NCBI GenBank assembly: GCA_009103225.1
Contig: RHPI01002048.1
Span: forward strand, 571,036-635,035
Reading direction: 5' to 3'
Source of the DNA: Chlorokybus atmophyticus
Lineage: Eukaryota > Plantae > Mesostigma and Chlorokybus algae
Length of the DNA stretch: 64,000 nt
The position numbers and the translations under genes are program-made. Below are positions 38,019-54,532 of the stretch, one piece after another. The notes below the pieces were generated by a model. That model was not told the DNA's origin. It saw only the letters and a program-made list of their open reading frames with translations, and did no database searches. Position 1 is the stretch's first letter. Every line of letters begins with the position of its first letter.

Positions 38019-39063
38019 TGGGGCTCAAGGCTAGCAAGGGTTTGAAAGCTCTTCCAAGCTTGCCTCCTTGCCTGCCTGCCTGCCCGCGTGCATGCTGGTT
38101 TCAAGCATGCTGTCAGGATGCATGCTGGCTTCGTGCGTGCGTGCCTTCATGCGCAATGATAGTGTGGTGCTGTGGTTGCTTGTAGTCGGGGGCTTGCTGC
38201 TTCATTTGTGTGCAGCACCAAGCACTAGTGTCATGAAATCAATCTGCAAACGAGTGCAGTACTTGAAGCTGGGGTATAATACTGGTACTGGTAGTCGTTT
38301 GAACACCGAAACGTTTATACGCATACAAGACAGGAGCTGCATGGGTCATGCGTGCACCATGCCAAAGGAAACCAATCGTATGCGCTTTCATACTTTGACA
38401 AGACGGACGTAAGGACAGATCAGTGTGAATGTGAGCTGACTGAGGCACTCTTCACAACCGATTCTTGACAGTAACAACTATGAAGGGGACAATCGGAAAC
38501 CCAATGACTAGGCCAAGACCAAAACCAGAAAATGACAGCACCTCAAAATCCGCGTCAATGCGGCACAGCTCACCAAGCACTTCGCCACCACGCCCGAGAC
38601 TGCTACTACAGTCAAGCTTGCAGCGGGCCTCCTAGCTCAGGGCCTGAGTCGTTTTAGACTGCTTCTACAGCCAACCTCGTCGCCCTACAGCCGCGTCGGC
38701 GTCGCCGGCCGCCGCGGACGCCGACGCCCCCGCCACTGCCTGACGGAAGCTGACGGCTACTTCCGTGACACAGGAGCTTTTGATTTGAGCGGAAGCTTTG
38801 TCTTGCCTTCCGTGTATTAACAAGAAGGAGCAGCATAGAAACACTGAATCAAGCCCGTGACCACGGTGGTAAGCTGGAGTTTGGCAGCGGCGGTGGCAGG
38901 GGCGGCGGCGCTGTTCCGGGTTGGTGAGGAGGTGGAGGAGTCGGTTGCCACACTGTGCAAAGAGTTGTTGCCAGGGAGATCAGCTTAACAAAGGTTCATT
39001 GGTTTTTGGTCATTGGCCTGGTCGCTGCATTACACGCAACCCGCCGGCCAGCAACTGTTCAGC

Positions 39064-40398
39064 ATGGCAAGAAGCGGAGGTGGAGGCAGCATGCTGATGT
39101 CGGCGGTGGTCGCCGCCCTACTGTGGGCCGCGCAGTGTAGCGCCCAGGATGAGGACGAGCCGCGCATGGGGAGCGAGAGAGCGGTGATCCAGGTGAGGGG
39201 ACGTGTGTGCCAGGTGTGGTGTAACTGGAAACCAACAACCAAAAGCAATAGATCTTGCCTTGACTAGTTTGCATTGTGTTGCAACAGACCAGTTTCGGTG
39301 ATGTTGAGCTAGGGTTCTACCCGGACTTGGCTCCCAAGTCCGCCGCACACATCCTGGAACTGTTCAAGCTGGGCTGCTACAACACCAACCACATATTCAG
39401 AGTGAGCACTTGGACACATGGACACACGATGCTTGCATGATAGTTTTGGCAGTAACATTCTTGTCATGCTATTTCACCTTCACAGCTTGTGTAGCCATGT
39501 GCCCATTGCCATGCATTGCTTCACACTGTTGTGATGCATGAGGCACCTGCCCGTCAGCATGTTGACCAGTAGCTAGCATGCAAACAGCGTGTGTAGACTG
39601 CTTAGATACTGTGACAGGTGGACAAGGGTTTCGTCGCTCAAGTTGCGGACGTCATCGGGGGAAGGACGGTCGGCATGGATGCCAGGCAGCATATGGAGGC
39701 GGCAAAGACAGTGCCGGGGGAGTTCAGCAAGGTGAAGCATGTGCGCGGGACACTGTCGATGGCAAGGTGTGAATGTGCATGTGTACATTCATGCGCGTGC
39801 TATGCAAAGCGCACTAAGCATTAACAAAGCAACCAAGACAGTTGTCGGGCGCAGGTACTCTGACCCTAATAGTGGCACATCTTCGTTCTCTATACTGCTG
39901 GGCGATGCACCCCACCTTGACGGGCAGGTGCAGCTTTGTGCCCATGCGGTGATGCTTGCATGTGCCAGGGTGGGTCTGTTTGATGGACACGGGCACACAT
40001 CAACAGTATGCAGTGTTTGGAAAAATGACGTATGGCGACGAGGTGCTGTCCAAGCTGGAGCAGTTGGAAACGAGAACTGAGGGCATTTTTGTGATGCCCA
40101 AAGAGCGTATTACCATACTATCTACTTATGTATATGGTGAGCGTGCTAGAGTTGCTTCTGTCTTCGAGCAATAGATCGTAAGTCTTTGCTTTTCTGATCG
40201 CAGTTCTTTGCATGTTTAGACACACAGGAAGGGTGCAGCTGCTGTGAAGAAACACGCCTGCGGTTGCGTGCAGCTGAACAAGCGACCGCGGATGCGGTAA
40301 GCATTAGACGGCCGTTTGACATGGCTCTGCGCCTGAGTGTACTTCTCAAACTGATTATGCGCCACCCTGGCTTGCAGCGTCGAGCATGCTTGCCATGA
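39064..40398 (+). CDS. Cyclophilin-type peptidyl-prolyl isomerase with signal peptide, plant CYP23-like, 7 exons
   Basis: Exons 39064-39192, 39288-39401, 39618-39766, 39855-39927, 40007-40136, 40220-40296, 40378-40398. GFYPDLAPKSAAHILELFKLG, FRVDKGFVAQ, RGTLSMAR, SSFSILLGDAPHLDGQYAVFG, C-terminus RRACLP*. Confidence 0.9.
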
Positions 40399-40887
40399 TC
40401 ACACAAGCTCGCCAGTGCCTGCAATGGCCAGCGCCTGGCCGCCATTGCACCTCCCAGGCAATGCTGCAAAGGGTGTCAGCATGGAGGAGCATGCCTGCAA
40501 CCCAGATGCCATGACAATTGTTGACAGACATGGTCACTCCCCATCAACAGCCACGTGTGTTCTATTGGCTACCACAAAGCCTGTGCGTTGATGACCATAG
40601 ACAATACAGTGTTATCGGTACAGTGGTAACTGTAGGCATAACAGCACAGAGCACCTAGTTTGGCGTTAGTACAATTGATGATGATGGGGATGGGAATGCC
40701 ACTTGGTTTCTTGGGCGAGGGCTCAATTTCGTGCCTGTTGTTGGCGTCGCCACCGGTGTAGTCCGCCTCTGCACAGCCATACAGGATGCTGCATTTAACT
40801 GAGTTGTAGTCTGGCGCTGTACATATCGCATAAGGAAAGTACCTGCAAGTCGCTAGTTTCAGCTGGGCCATGTCTGGTAGTTTTTTC

Positions 40888-41013
40888 CAATAGCAAACAG
40901 CCGTTTCCATGGAGTGTCTGTTGGACTGACAATTATTGCTGTAGTGACCTCAATAGCAAACATTCGCTTCCATGGAGTGTCTGTTGGACTGACAATTATT
41001 GCTGTAGTGACCA
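40888..41013. repeat. 63-bp tandem duplication
   Basis: CAATAGCAAAC...TTCCATGGAGTGTCTGTTGGACTGACAATTATTGCTGTAGTGACC at 40888 and 40951. Confidence 0.92.
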
Positions 41014-41499
41014 CAACAGGTTTCACTGATAAACACTGGTAATATACTTACTCCGCCACCATTCCTTTCTTATGTACAAAAAGAAAGGCACTCCTACCTC
41101 AGGAATTTTGTGACTACACATCCCATGTGAAGCAGCTGTCCAGACAAGGCACCGCACAACATTTTGATAGTGATTGCAATGCAGTTGGAACCTATACAAG
41201 ATGAGCATGATTATGTCCCGTCAGGGGTTACAGCGAGCGCCATGGACGCATAGCCTTGCGGCATGCTAACGTGCTTCAACCAAACTCGCCGGGGTGTTGT
41301 GGGCGTTGGTGAGCAGGCACAACAATTCCATAATCAGCCCATAAAAACGACCAGTACAACATGTAATAGCAAAACTGTCTTACAGGCATTACCCGACTGC
41401 ATCACCCTGAGCGCCCTATAAACTGAGCTTTGCTGACCAACTGTATATGAGAAGCAACACGAGAATGCCGGCAACACGCGCAGCATTGCGTCAAACACT

Positions 41500-42884
41500 C
41501 TATGCTAGCTGCGGCAACCATTCTGAAATCAAATTCTGCAACTTATCGCGTGTGATGGCACCTTCTGTGTGACTGGCCTCAACCTTCTTGCCATCCCTGA
41601 AGATGATCAACGTAGGAAGCCCGTACACCTTGTACTTCTCGACCAATGTGGGGTTGCCGTCGGTCTCAATCTTGACAACTTTCAACTTACCCTCGTACTC
41701 CTGCAACACATAGAGGCTAGTTAGCAGGGGCCTCTAAACGACATAGACTCCTTGAAACTCCTAGAAACACTTACTCCACCTACTATAATCCCACATCACC
41801 CATGCTGCTGACAGCCACAGGCATGGATGACATGGGAAGTAATACCCATGACCTTGGCACGTACGGAAATATGTGCTACGCCTGTTCTTGCAAAGTGTGG
41901 CAAAGAACTTGCTGGTTAGCACATGCCTGCTGGCTTGCTCTACCCGTGCAATGCACTAACCATGCAACAAACTGGTAACTGGTGTGAACAACCTGTCAAG
42001 CAACGACACATTATGGGCCAACCCACCTTGGCAGCCCACTCCACAGATGGAAGCACAAGCCTGCAGGGCCCACACCAGGAAGCCCAGAAATCAACTAGAA
42101 CGGGCTCAGTCGCCTTCAACACTTCCTGCTCAAAGTTGTCGCTGTTGACTTCCAACACACCACCAGCACAGCGCGTCCTGAGAAAGTAAAAGACTTCATG
42201 CAAAAATACGTGCACACTGCATAATGACTTCAGTGCAGTTCATGCTCAATATGCACACGACCTTAGGCAATGCTTTTCTTCAAGATGCGTGATGGCATGC
42301 CCGGAATTGCATTTCTCTACAGTGCAAAGCGAATGTCAAAGCTAGCTATCGCTGCTCTGTTCTGATTGACGATAAGGATGTAACACTCAGACGGCTGTTG
42401 CTCAGTTCAAGGTGTCGTGTTTCTACAGTGCAGCACCTCTAAGTGCAATTATTAAATGTCAGATATCAAAGCACACCGCGGTACTACCCTGCCCTTCATA
42501 CGCACACATGAAAAGCGCTAGCGCTTCCAGCCGGCATGGCTTCCATCGTAGTACAGGACGTGCATGACATGGGAAGACTCTGGAATGAAACCGAGGGTGT
42601 GCAATCTAGACTGTACTCCTGGCACGTTGAATTTTTGTGCAGCGTTGTCATACACAGCATGACACGTACGTAATCTGCGTGCGTCCAGCCCTGGCCGCTG
42701 CGTAAGGCAGCCGCTGTGCTACCAGCGACGCTGGCCTCTGCCCATAGAACGCGCCTCGTGATGGCCTCACAGACGGCTTTGATGCATAGGAAGATGACAA
42801 CGCTGCAGCCAGAGACGACGGCGCTGAGGCCAGTGACGTCGTCGTGGCCGGCAGCGCACAGACAGACAGAGCCATGCTGGCCAT
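41500..42884 (-). CDS. TRX-x: Plastid thioredoxin, x-type, 3 exons
   Basis: Exons 42670-42884 (S/A-rich transit peptide), 42027-42177 (VDFWASWCGPCR), 41500-41700 (KVYGLPTLIIFRDGKKVEASHTEGAITRDKL). The EGAIT motif is characteristic of Trx-x. Confidence 0.9.
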
Positions 42885-43166
42885 GGCACAGAACCCAGCC
42901 GGAGGCGGCAAGGTTCTCAAAGAAAAGCCTCAAATCAACTTGCCCAGCACACTTTCGCCAACCCCGATGCGACCACCTCCGCCGACGCCCACACCGCCGA
43001 CGCCACGTACCAGCCTCACATGCTTTTGCGACGTAGGAACTTTAATCGCCTGCCAGGCATCGTCAGTGCGACAACGCTGACGACAACGCGCGACATCAAG
43101 CGGGCAGCACCGTTGCGTTGGTGCAAGCGTTGTGGCTGCTTACCCTAAGCGTTTCGGTGTGGCTAG

Positions 43167-46665
<3,499 letters not shown>

Positions 46666-47228
46666 CAGGCGGTCTGATGCCATGCACATTTTTGCGGGGG
46701 TTTGGTAGAGCAGTCGCACGGGAGCAATTTACAGTTGGTGGACACTCAGCTTGCGCTGGGTGGCTGGCTGGCTGAGGAGAGGGGCTAGGGGTTTTAGGTT
46801 GGGTAATCGGGAGCTGCAGCAGTCTTGTGGTGGGCCGTCCACAGGCTGGTGACATTGCCCTGGTACCTGTGCAAGTGACAATGGCAGAAGGTGGTACTCC
46901 CGCCAGTTTGTGCGCTCTGCTGGCCAGAAACTCATTGCATCGCAAGGCAGCGCACTCAGGCGAGGTGCTAACTGACGTGCAAGAGCGAAGCAACTGTTGC
47001 AGTTGCTTGCATCAGTTGCATGCGCAGTTGTGCAGCCCAGGCTGCACAGCTGATATACTTTACCAGCGTGGAGATGGCGCAACGACAATCAAGTCAGCTG
47101 GGCAGTATGGAAGGAAGATAACAGCAGGCGCTCTTACGAGGGTGTGCGCAAGAATTGTTTTTGGATGGTGCTATATTACCTTTGTGAAGCCTCACATGAA
47201 AGGCACCGAGACATGTATATTCCTGCAC

Positions 47229-47475
47229 ATGGAGTCCACAACAGGGCAGACGTCTTTTGCGGGCATTGCAATGTTGGCTGCTGTTAAAAGTAGCCTCCTA
47301 TCTTCTAAGAGACGGGAGATGTCATTGTTGTGGTGCTGGCGCAAACAGAACAGCTTTTGCTGAAATCTGTGGATTGGCCAGTTTGTATGGCAGCTTAGTA
47401 ACAAGATATGCCTTACATGCAGTGTCTGGGTCTTGCATGCGTTCTGTGTTGGGGACATTGGGTTGCGAGGTACAC

Positions 47476-47557
<82 letters not shown>

Positions 47558-47637
47558 NGAAGTTCCCCTTGCACACATGTAGCGCGGCTGATTGCCCTCT
47601 TTGTTGATGTTAAAGTACAAGCGCACTCCCTCTGGAT
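47229..47637 (-). CDS. Two exons of a probable gene of unknown function (likely extends on both sides)
   Basis: Exons 47577-47637 and 47229-47366 have AG/GT boundaries with compatible phase and give DPEGVRLYFNINKEGNQPRYIFQQKLFCLRQHHNNDISRLLEDRRLLL... No family recognised. Confidence 0.4.
47480..47560. repeat. (AG)n microsatellite, about 40 units, one N
   Basis: Read directly from the sequence. Confidence 0.97.
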
Positions 47638-47687
47638 CTGATACAACCATAACTGTCAAACACACACACATGTGCAGAGAGAGAAAG

Positions 47688-47689
<2 letters not shown>

Positions 47690-47753
<64 letters not shown>
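47690..47753. repeat. (AG)n microsatellite, about 32 units
   Basis: Read directly from the sequence. Confidence 0.97.
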
Positions 47754-47754
<1 letters not shown>

Positions 47755-49947
47755 ACTTGCAATGTAACAAACACCACAAGAACAAACACAGAGGGTAAGT
47801 AGGTGGTGCCGGACCGAGAGTATCATGCATATGATGTAATCGGTGTTCAATAGTGGTAGCGCCGCCCTGTTGGCCATGCATGGTGCTAAAGAGCGGCAAC
47901 TGTCAAGCTGCGTGGGAAGCAAAAATAACGGAGTGGGAGTGCTCATATGAAGAGCAACAGCAATCGCACGGCACAGACAGTGCGATAGTGTTTTGCGGGA
48001 AATTGCATGATGCGCGCCATTAGTCGAAACCCAAACAACGCAACCGCAATTGCGGCAGGAAGTGGCGGAGTGGAGGTGGTGGCGAGAGTGTAGCGGGAGG
48101 GAGGAGGAGTCCATGTCCTGATGTGGTAGTCATTGTGATGGATGTAGCGATTAAGGTCGCTGACCATGGCAACATGTGCACGTATTTAAGGCTGCAATGC
48201 ATGCATGATTGACAGGGGGGCGGTAGAGGTACGATGATAGTTAGGAAGTAGGTTGCACGCAAGTAGGCTAGAGGCCTATGGTTGTGTATGTAGTTGTGCG
48301 GTGAGTGAGATGTACTGTTGTAGTGATTGCATGTCGCATGCGCATGTACACGGCATATTGTATGTTTAATTGCATGCGCACCTTGCATCTTGTGTACTCA
48401 CCAACTCGACCTGCAGGCAAAGGCGCATGCTACCTACTGACTACCTCCAACCCTACCACTACTGCCCCCCTGTTAGCCATGCATGCATGGCAATTGCAAT
48501 CACTGCACCGCGGCTAAGTGTTATGCATTTCCTATTTCGTACGGGGTGTTTAATGCCTGCAACTTGCATTTGGGAGTGAAGTCTCAACATTGTCTTTTAA
48601 CACACATATGACAATTATAAAAGTACATTTGAACGAAGGCAACCATTGCGCAAAGCTGAAATTATCGTTTTGCTCATTTTCGTGTTTCACAAGTTGTTGG
48701 GTGGTTGTAAATTCTTGCATGCTGCAGCCAGCGCAGGCTTTGACGGTGCTGGAACACGAGGGGTGCGTCAAGGCGTTTCGCGGCATAGTCCAGCACACAA
48801 AAGTGCATATGACCCGCATGTTGGGTTTTGTGTTTATGTATAGGCAGCGGATTGCCTTCCCTCCATTTCACCATATGGCTTGTGCGCTGCAGCCGGTTCA
48901 CGGAACCTGGTTCAGGGCGTGGCTCTGTTGAAGCGCGCGACTATGGTTGTGTGCGCAGCCCTGGGATAGCCACTACCCCACCACGACTGGCCCCCATGAC
49001 CACCCTGTCGGACGTGGCGGTGCTCTTCGCGTGAGGCATGTGGCAGCTGATGCATGCTAGCATGCTTAGTCGAGCAATTGCCAATCACAACATGCACATC
49101 GGTTGTGCATGTTGGTAAGGTTAAATTGGGCTTGATTAACGCTATAGCTTTGACATTAAGACCGTGTTCATCTATTGCGCTACATTATGTCTGTACGTCA
49201 TGCACGCTGGTAATCAGCATGCATGACGCCCCTTCTCATACGTTATAAGAAGGGGACTGAGGGCGAAATAAGGTTGGCTGTGGTTGTTGCTGTGTGGCCA
49301 TACATGGTTTCGCTTTGAATGATGGTGACTTATCGTTGGTATGTGTGTATGTTGCATAGCAATGCATAAACGACTCCTTGCAAATATCACATCTTGTGGA
49401 AGTACTACTATAGTATTCACAGTAATTTCAACCATATTTTACGATACAGCTGAGCAAACATTCGTGAATGGTTCACGACCACATGATTGTAAACATCAAC
49501 GAATTGTCATGTATGTGAACGTACATGAACAATAGTCTCCATATGGCATAAAGTTAACAAAGTTAATGCATTATGTTTACGTGTATGTGAGTTATGCGGG
49601 CGCTCTTTTTTCTCTCTGCAAATGTACGTGTGATTATATGATCACGTGAACATCGTTTGTACAAGAGACTAATGTTTTGTAAGATAGAGTTCACCACTTG
49701 TATACTGTATTTATCGTGCATGTAACTTAATGTTGAATTGTGAATGGATTGTAGATTGCTTGCTTAATGAAGTATGCATGGTAAAACTCCCAAGATAGGT
49801 TATTTTATTTATTTCAACAATATTACAATATGATACTATGCGCACATTGTGAGGTGCATTATAGAAATGGTACATTGAGCAATTGTCATGCCATTAAATT
49901 ACTGCTGAATCCCATATGGTTGATAATATTATTATATGGCAATGCAA

Positions 49948-49976
49948 GCTATAAATGACTCCGAGTCATTTATAGC
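49948..49976. repeat. Perfect inverted repeat, 14-bp arms with a 1-nt centre
   Basis: GCTATAAATGACTC-C-GAGTCATTTATAGC. Confidence 0.95.
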
Positions 49977-52587
49977 AATTACAATCGAGGCAATTGTATC
50001 TTTGCTAAAACTTAGTTGAAAGTGCACGGAATTGCATCCAATGCAATTGTGTTTTGGCTAAGACTTATGATAAAATGCATAAAAATTTGCTCGCAAAGTA
50101 GCTTCTACAATAAGTGCATGGTTATCAAGAGTATTGTTTACTCTTGATATATAACAAACGCCCTCCTGTCATGAAGAACCCCTGACAAGCACATGGTTTA
50201 TGCGTCTTTCAATATATCTACTACACTTCTTGCATGAGATGCACAGGCTCTTGCACGACATGCAAGGCATGGGGTATCAGCGCAGAGTGCTCATCTCCAA
50301 GCTCAGAGCCGTACTCTGGTCTAAATCATATGTTTGACTGCACGTATTGGCACTTGTTTCAAATGGTTGCTGCTGGCTCCACGCGAGATGCAATGCGTGA
50401 GTGATGGACATTGCAAGCGGAGAGCACGTTGTTGGTGCCCAGTGTATGTTTAATTGTTGTGACATCTTTGGCGACATGTGCCTGCTGTTTAACAACTATT
50501 TTATGACTTAGCATGCCATGACCGTGACGAAGCAATGACTACAGCCACTTTCTGGCGAGCGTGTGGTTAGTGCCCATTGCACACAGGGTACAAGACCGGA
50601 GCAGCAAGCTGGCAAGCTAGTGGAGTGGCTGTAGGCATTCACACAGTCAAAGTCAGCGTCGCTCTACTCTGCTGTGCTTTGGTTCAACCTCTCCTCTGCT
50701 ATCTTGCCTCCTGTTTGTGCCCAAGAACCTACTGGGCGCTACCTCAGCCTACTCCTCGTCACACTCATTGCACATAATGCTTAGTGTTTAGCGCCGCCTT
50801 GTAGCTAAGCTGTTGGTGTGGTGCAACTCTTGTTAAGTTAGCTTGTTCTTGTGCCCGTGTGTTGCTTTGCCTTGCCTTTATGAATGCAATACTATACCTT
50901 ATGGTCACCATATGCATACGGTATGCATAGTCACTAATCTCATGCTTCTATCTAAGATGATGGGGGGTGGAGGAGTGGGGGGCGGAAGGGACTGTGTATA
51001 TTCCAAAGGGTGGGGGGGTGTCATGTACATGGAATGGGACCATCATAGTCCTTGATGGCATATGGCTCTTATGGCAACGACTTTTGCTGCCATATCCTAG
51101 CAATTAAAGCGCTAATGTCATGAGAGGGCTTAAATTGGGTAAATGATAATTATAACGTATGCATTTACGTCACAAACGGTTAGCACAACTCCGAGTCCCC
51201 AGGGTATAACTTCCTCAAGATAGGATACTTTTTATGTCACATATCATATTTTTCAATGTACATCGGCCTCGTCTAATGGCCTTATGGAACATCAGTGTGA
51301 TTGCACCTGCAATTTCAGTTTGCATCATGCAACAAACTTCAACTTGAACATGGTAGAAGCCCAGCAAGATGTTACAATCATGTACAGGTGTAATCATTAC
51401 GCCATGATGCCGCTCAGCGGAATTAAGGTCTCAATCAACTTGAGGTTTTTCCTTTTTATGGACACCAACGTGACCCATGCGGATTGAGAAGAGTGTTGAT
51501 CATGATGTTGCAATGATGGTGTTGCAGCCTGCAGAAACCCTGTTGCCGCATGAATTCGCGTTAACTATCCAACAGTTTGGGTCGCCACGCAGCTATCAAC
51601 TTCGCTACAGGGCCAAGAACGTCGACAATCCAGTTGTAAATCGCCTGTACTTTCCACGACTCTGTAAGAGTATGAAATGAGCTAACATGCAATCGCATGT
51701 CCATTAACTAACCACACACTCTTATACAAACGCACGCGCACAGTGCAATGCGATAACTTGTGCCAAGCAGTGGGGACATAAAATTCACTCTGCTGCATGA
51801 CAAAGTTGGCCATGTACACGTACGACCGCGCACGTCACAACCAAGCATTACGGTCATTGTCCGTAATAACATGGCAACGTCATCATCATCATCTGCATAC
51901 TGAGCAACAACAACAACATCATGTACAAAGCTATGATAGCTTTGTACATTGCTGTAAAAAAGGGAATCAATGGACGCAAGGCTCACGGTCGTAGCAACAC
52001 ACCGGCATAAGCCACCACATACCACAGGTTAGCACACGTCCCGCACGACTAGCATACACGCACACGCAAAGATGCCACCATATAAGCCTGCTCACCTGCG
52101 CGCAACACCTCATGCACAAGCCAACGGTCATATACTACGTAGAAATGTGGCTGCATGTGCCACCACATACCACATGTTGACACACGCCTAGCATAACAAG
52201 CATATATGCATACACACGAATGCCACTCACACTCATACACTCACGTGCACGCGCGGATGCACGCAACTGCACAGTGCACTACTGATTTCCTCATGGAAGA
52301 ACACTGTGACATGCCGTGGTGGTACAGCGCATAAACACATGTACTCAACAAAACACACGCAAGCACGCAAGCATTGAGAGCATTAAAACGAACGTTCAAG
52401 TGAGTGCTTCGCATTCTGCATCAGATAGTGCGGTCTGTACCTGGGGATACATCTCCGTGCATTCGTTATCACTGTCACCACATAGTGCGCACACAAGCAC
52501 AAGTGTGGTGAGTGGTAGCAGCATCAGGACAGACAGTAGAGCACAAACACTCTACCCTGCATACATTTTCACCTGTGGACTAGCTGC

Positions 52588-53472
52588 ATGAGCAGGCCCA
52601 ACCCGTTCTCTCCTATAGACGAGGGTGACCTCAGCAGTTGGAGCCCAACCGCCAATTCCACCTACAAGCGGACCAGCGATGGGAGCAGCGATCGCAGCAG
52701 CAGAGGCTCGCGTTCTGTCTCCGGCTTCACTCCGTTACAATCTACTCCTCGCCATCGAGCTTCCCCACTATTGTCCGACAGCGACGACTACGAGTTGGGA
52801 TCTTCCAGCTCAACGACATCCCTGCGCTTCTCCGGTCGTGCTGGCACCACCTCGCAGGACAAATTTATCATCAAGCTCCACTCCATAATGCGACAGCAAG
52901 CTCGGAAGAACAAAAACTGGTCAGATGAGATTTCTTTCCATATTGCTGTTCTTTATCTGGAGCATGAAGCTTTTGATGTCTGAAAGTCTGTTGCTAATTG
53001 ACATTAAATTAATGGCTATGGCGAGCTCGCCAGCACCATAGCATCTGCGTCATTGCACAGTCCAGCAGCCGTCGCTCCACCTGCCACTCCAACTGCAGTT
53101 ACCAACGTGTCCATAGCTGCAGCCATCGAGAGGGCAGAGGAGGAGGAGCCTAAGTTGGTGCTCGTCGACCTGACCCCTACACAGATTGAGATCAAGACAG
53201 TCGCACGACGGGCCCGGGTCTTAGACCGTTCTGCTGCTATCCTTGAAGAACAACGAGCACCGGTAGAAATGGGTTTCGGCAAGTCAAGCTGGTTCCGCAC
53301 CTTTGTAATGGACGGAGCCGGACGTAAATTGCGGATTGCGTACACTTCACGGCGGATCCGTATATATGTTATGACTGTGGCCGAATTCTTCTTACAACCT
53401 GTCACAAACGCCGCCGGTGACAATCGTAAGCACCGCATCCTCAACAACGTTAAAGAATCGGCATTGAGGTAA
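52588..53472 (+). mobile_element. Intronless gag-like remnant of a retrotransposon (two disconnected ORFs)
   Basis: DKFIIKLHSIM...KNWSDEISFHIAVLYLEHEAFD resembles the retrotransposon Gag N-terminal helices (W-x-D...L-x-L-x-x-x-A-x-x-W) and is followed at once by a stop. No LTR pair found. Confidence 0.35.
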
Positions 53473-53773
53473 TGAAAGGTTTAAGTCATGAGAAAGGCAT
53501 GTGTAAATCGTGATTACAGTTGTGACCAAATCATTAACAATGCGACTATACTCCCAAACGCAATTGAGGACACGGCGACAGTACAAAAATGCATTGACGC
53601 TGCATGCTAAAGCTATGTACACATCATTATGTACGTTGTGATCGATTCCATTGATAGTACACTAATGTATACTTAAACAAGGTGTGTGTTACAATTATTA
53701 CTTTGCACTGGTACAATCCCTAATGAATTCATGACCTCATCATTGCCAAGATCGACCCCGCGGCCTATTTATG

Positions 53774-53814
53774 GCTTGCCCCGCGGCCTGCTAGTAGCAG
53801 GCCGCGGGGCAAGC
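53774..53814. repeat. Perfect GC-rich inverted repeat, 20-bp arms with a 1-nt centre
   Basis: GCTTGCCCCGCGGCCTGCTA-G-TAGCAGGCCGCGGGGCAAGC. Confidence 0.95.
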
Positions 53815-54213
53815 AAGTACATGTAGAAGGCTGCTACTTGCATGTGTTATAATTAGTACTAGCACATGAGTTAAAGACTTTCCCAACTCACCGCAAACAA
53901 CCTTGCCAAAACAGGTGACTCAGGGAACATAATGCAAACATCTGTCAATTACAAAGCGCTGCGATTGGACGAGACGGCAGGTCTAACACATCCTTCATTC
54001 TCAAGTCACCTACATTCCCGTAATCTCCTACACGATTATGTATTTGGAATACAAACACAGGTACCGCTAGCCGTCGCCAGCGATTGTATATACAGACGTG
54101 TAAGTATATATATGTGTGTGTATAAATATATAGGTATATATATATATAAAACTACCATTTACATGCATGCAATCCATTCAATAAGTTTTGCGCCACGTGA
54201 GACAATTGAGGTA

Positions 54214-54307
54214 GCTTGTTGTAGTCTAGTCGGTTAGGGTTTAAGTCGTAGGTCGTTGCTTGTAAACCCGGCAAACGCATTCGCACAGGTTCAAAACCCG
54301 GCGACGT
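54214..54307 (+). pseudogene. Degenerate tRNA-like sequence (tRNA-Glu-like D-arm, T-arm, box A/B): possible SINE head or pseudo-tRNA
   Basis: TTGTAGTCTAGTCGGTTAGG resembles the plant tRNA-Glu D-arm. Box B-like GGTTCAAAACC at 54288-54298 is followed by CGGCGACG. The T-stem and anticodon stem are mispaired. Confidence 0.4.
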
Positions 54308-54532
54308 GGGCGAAAATCGAACTGCGATGCGACGTTTTAGGATATTGCCGCGAACTGCGGTCATAACATTGTAGGGTTAGTTCACGCATTACGTTTAATC
54401 CCCTTAATACATATTCTAACAAGAGTTGGGCGCGCCATGGACCAAAATAGCATGGTGTGGTTGTTGGAGATGTGCTTTGCTTTCCAGAACCGCCATGTGT
54501 GCTTCCAAGAGCTCAAACACCTGGCGGGGGGG

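Noticed and set aside
47192-48114. ORFs with LSLSLS / RERERE runs
   Set aside because: Artefacts of the (AG)n microsatellites; only the two spliced exons were kept.
50270-51700. Decayed DNA-transposon coding sequence
   Set aside because: Stop-riddled frames with no recognisable catalytic motif or termini.
54217-54421. 5' LTR of the downstream Gypsy element
   Set aside because: No similarity to the sequence after the PPT (58071 onward) and no convincing PBS.
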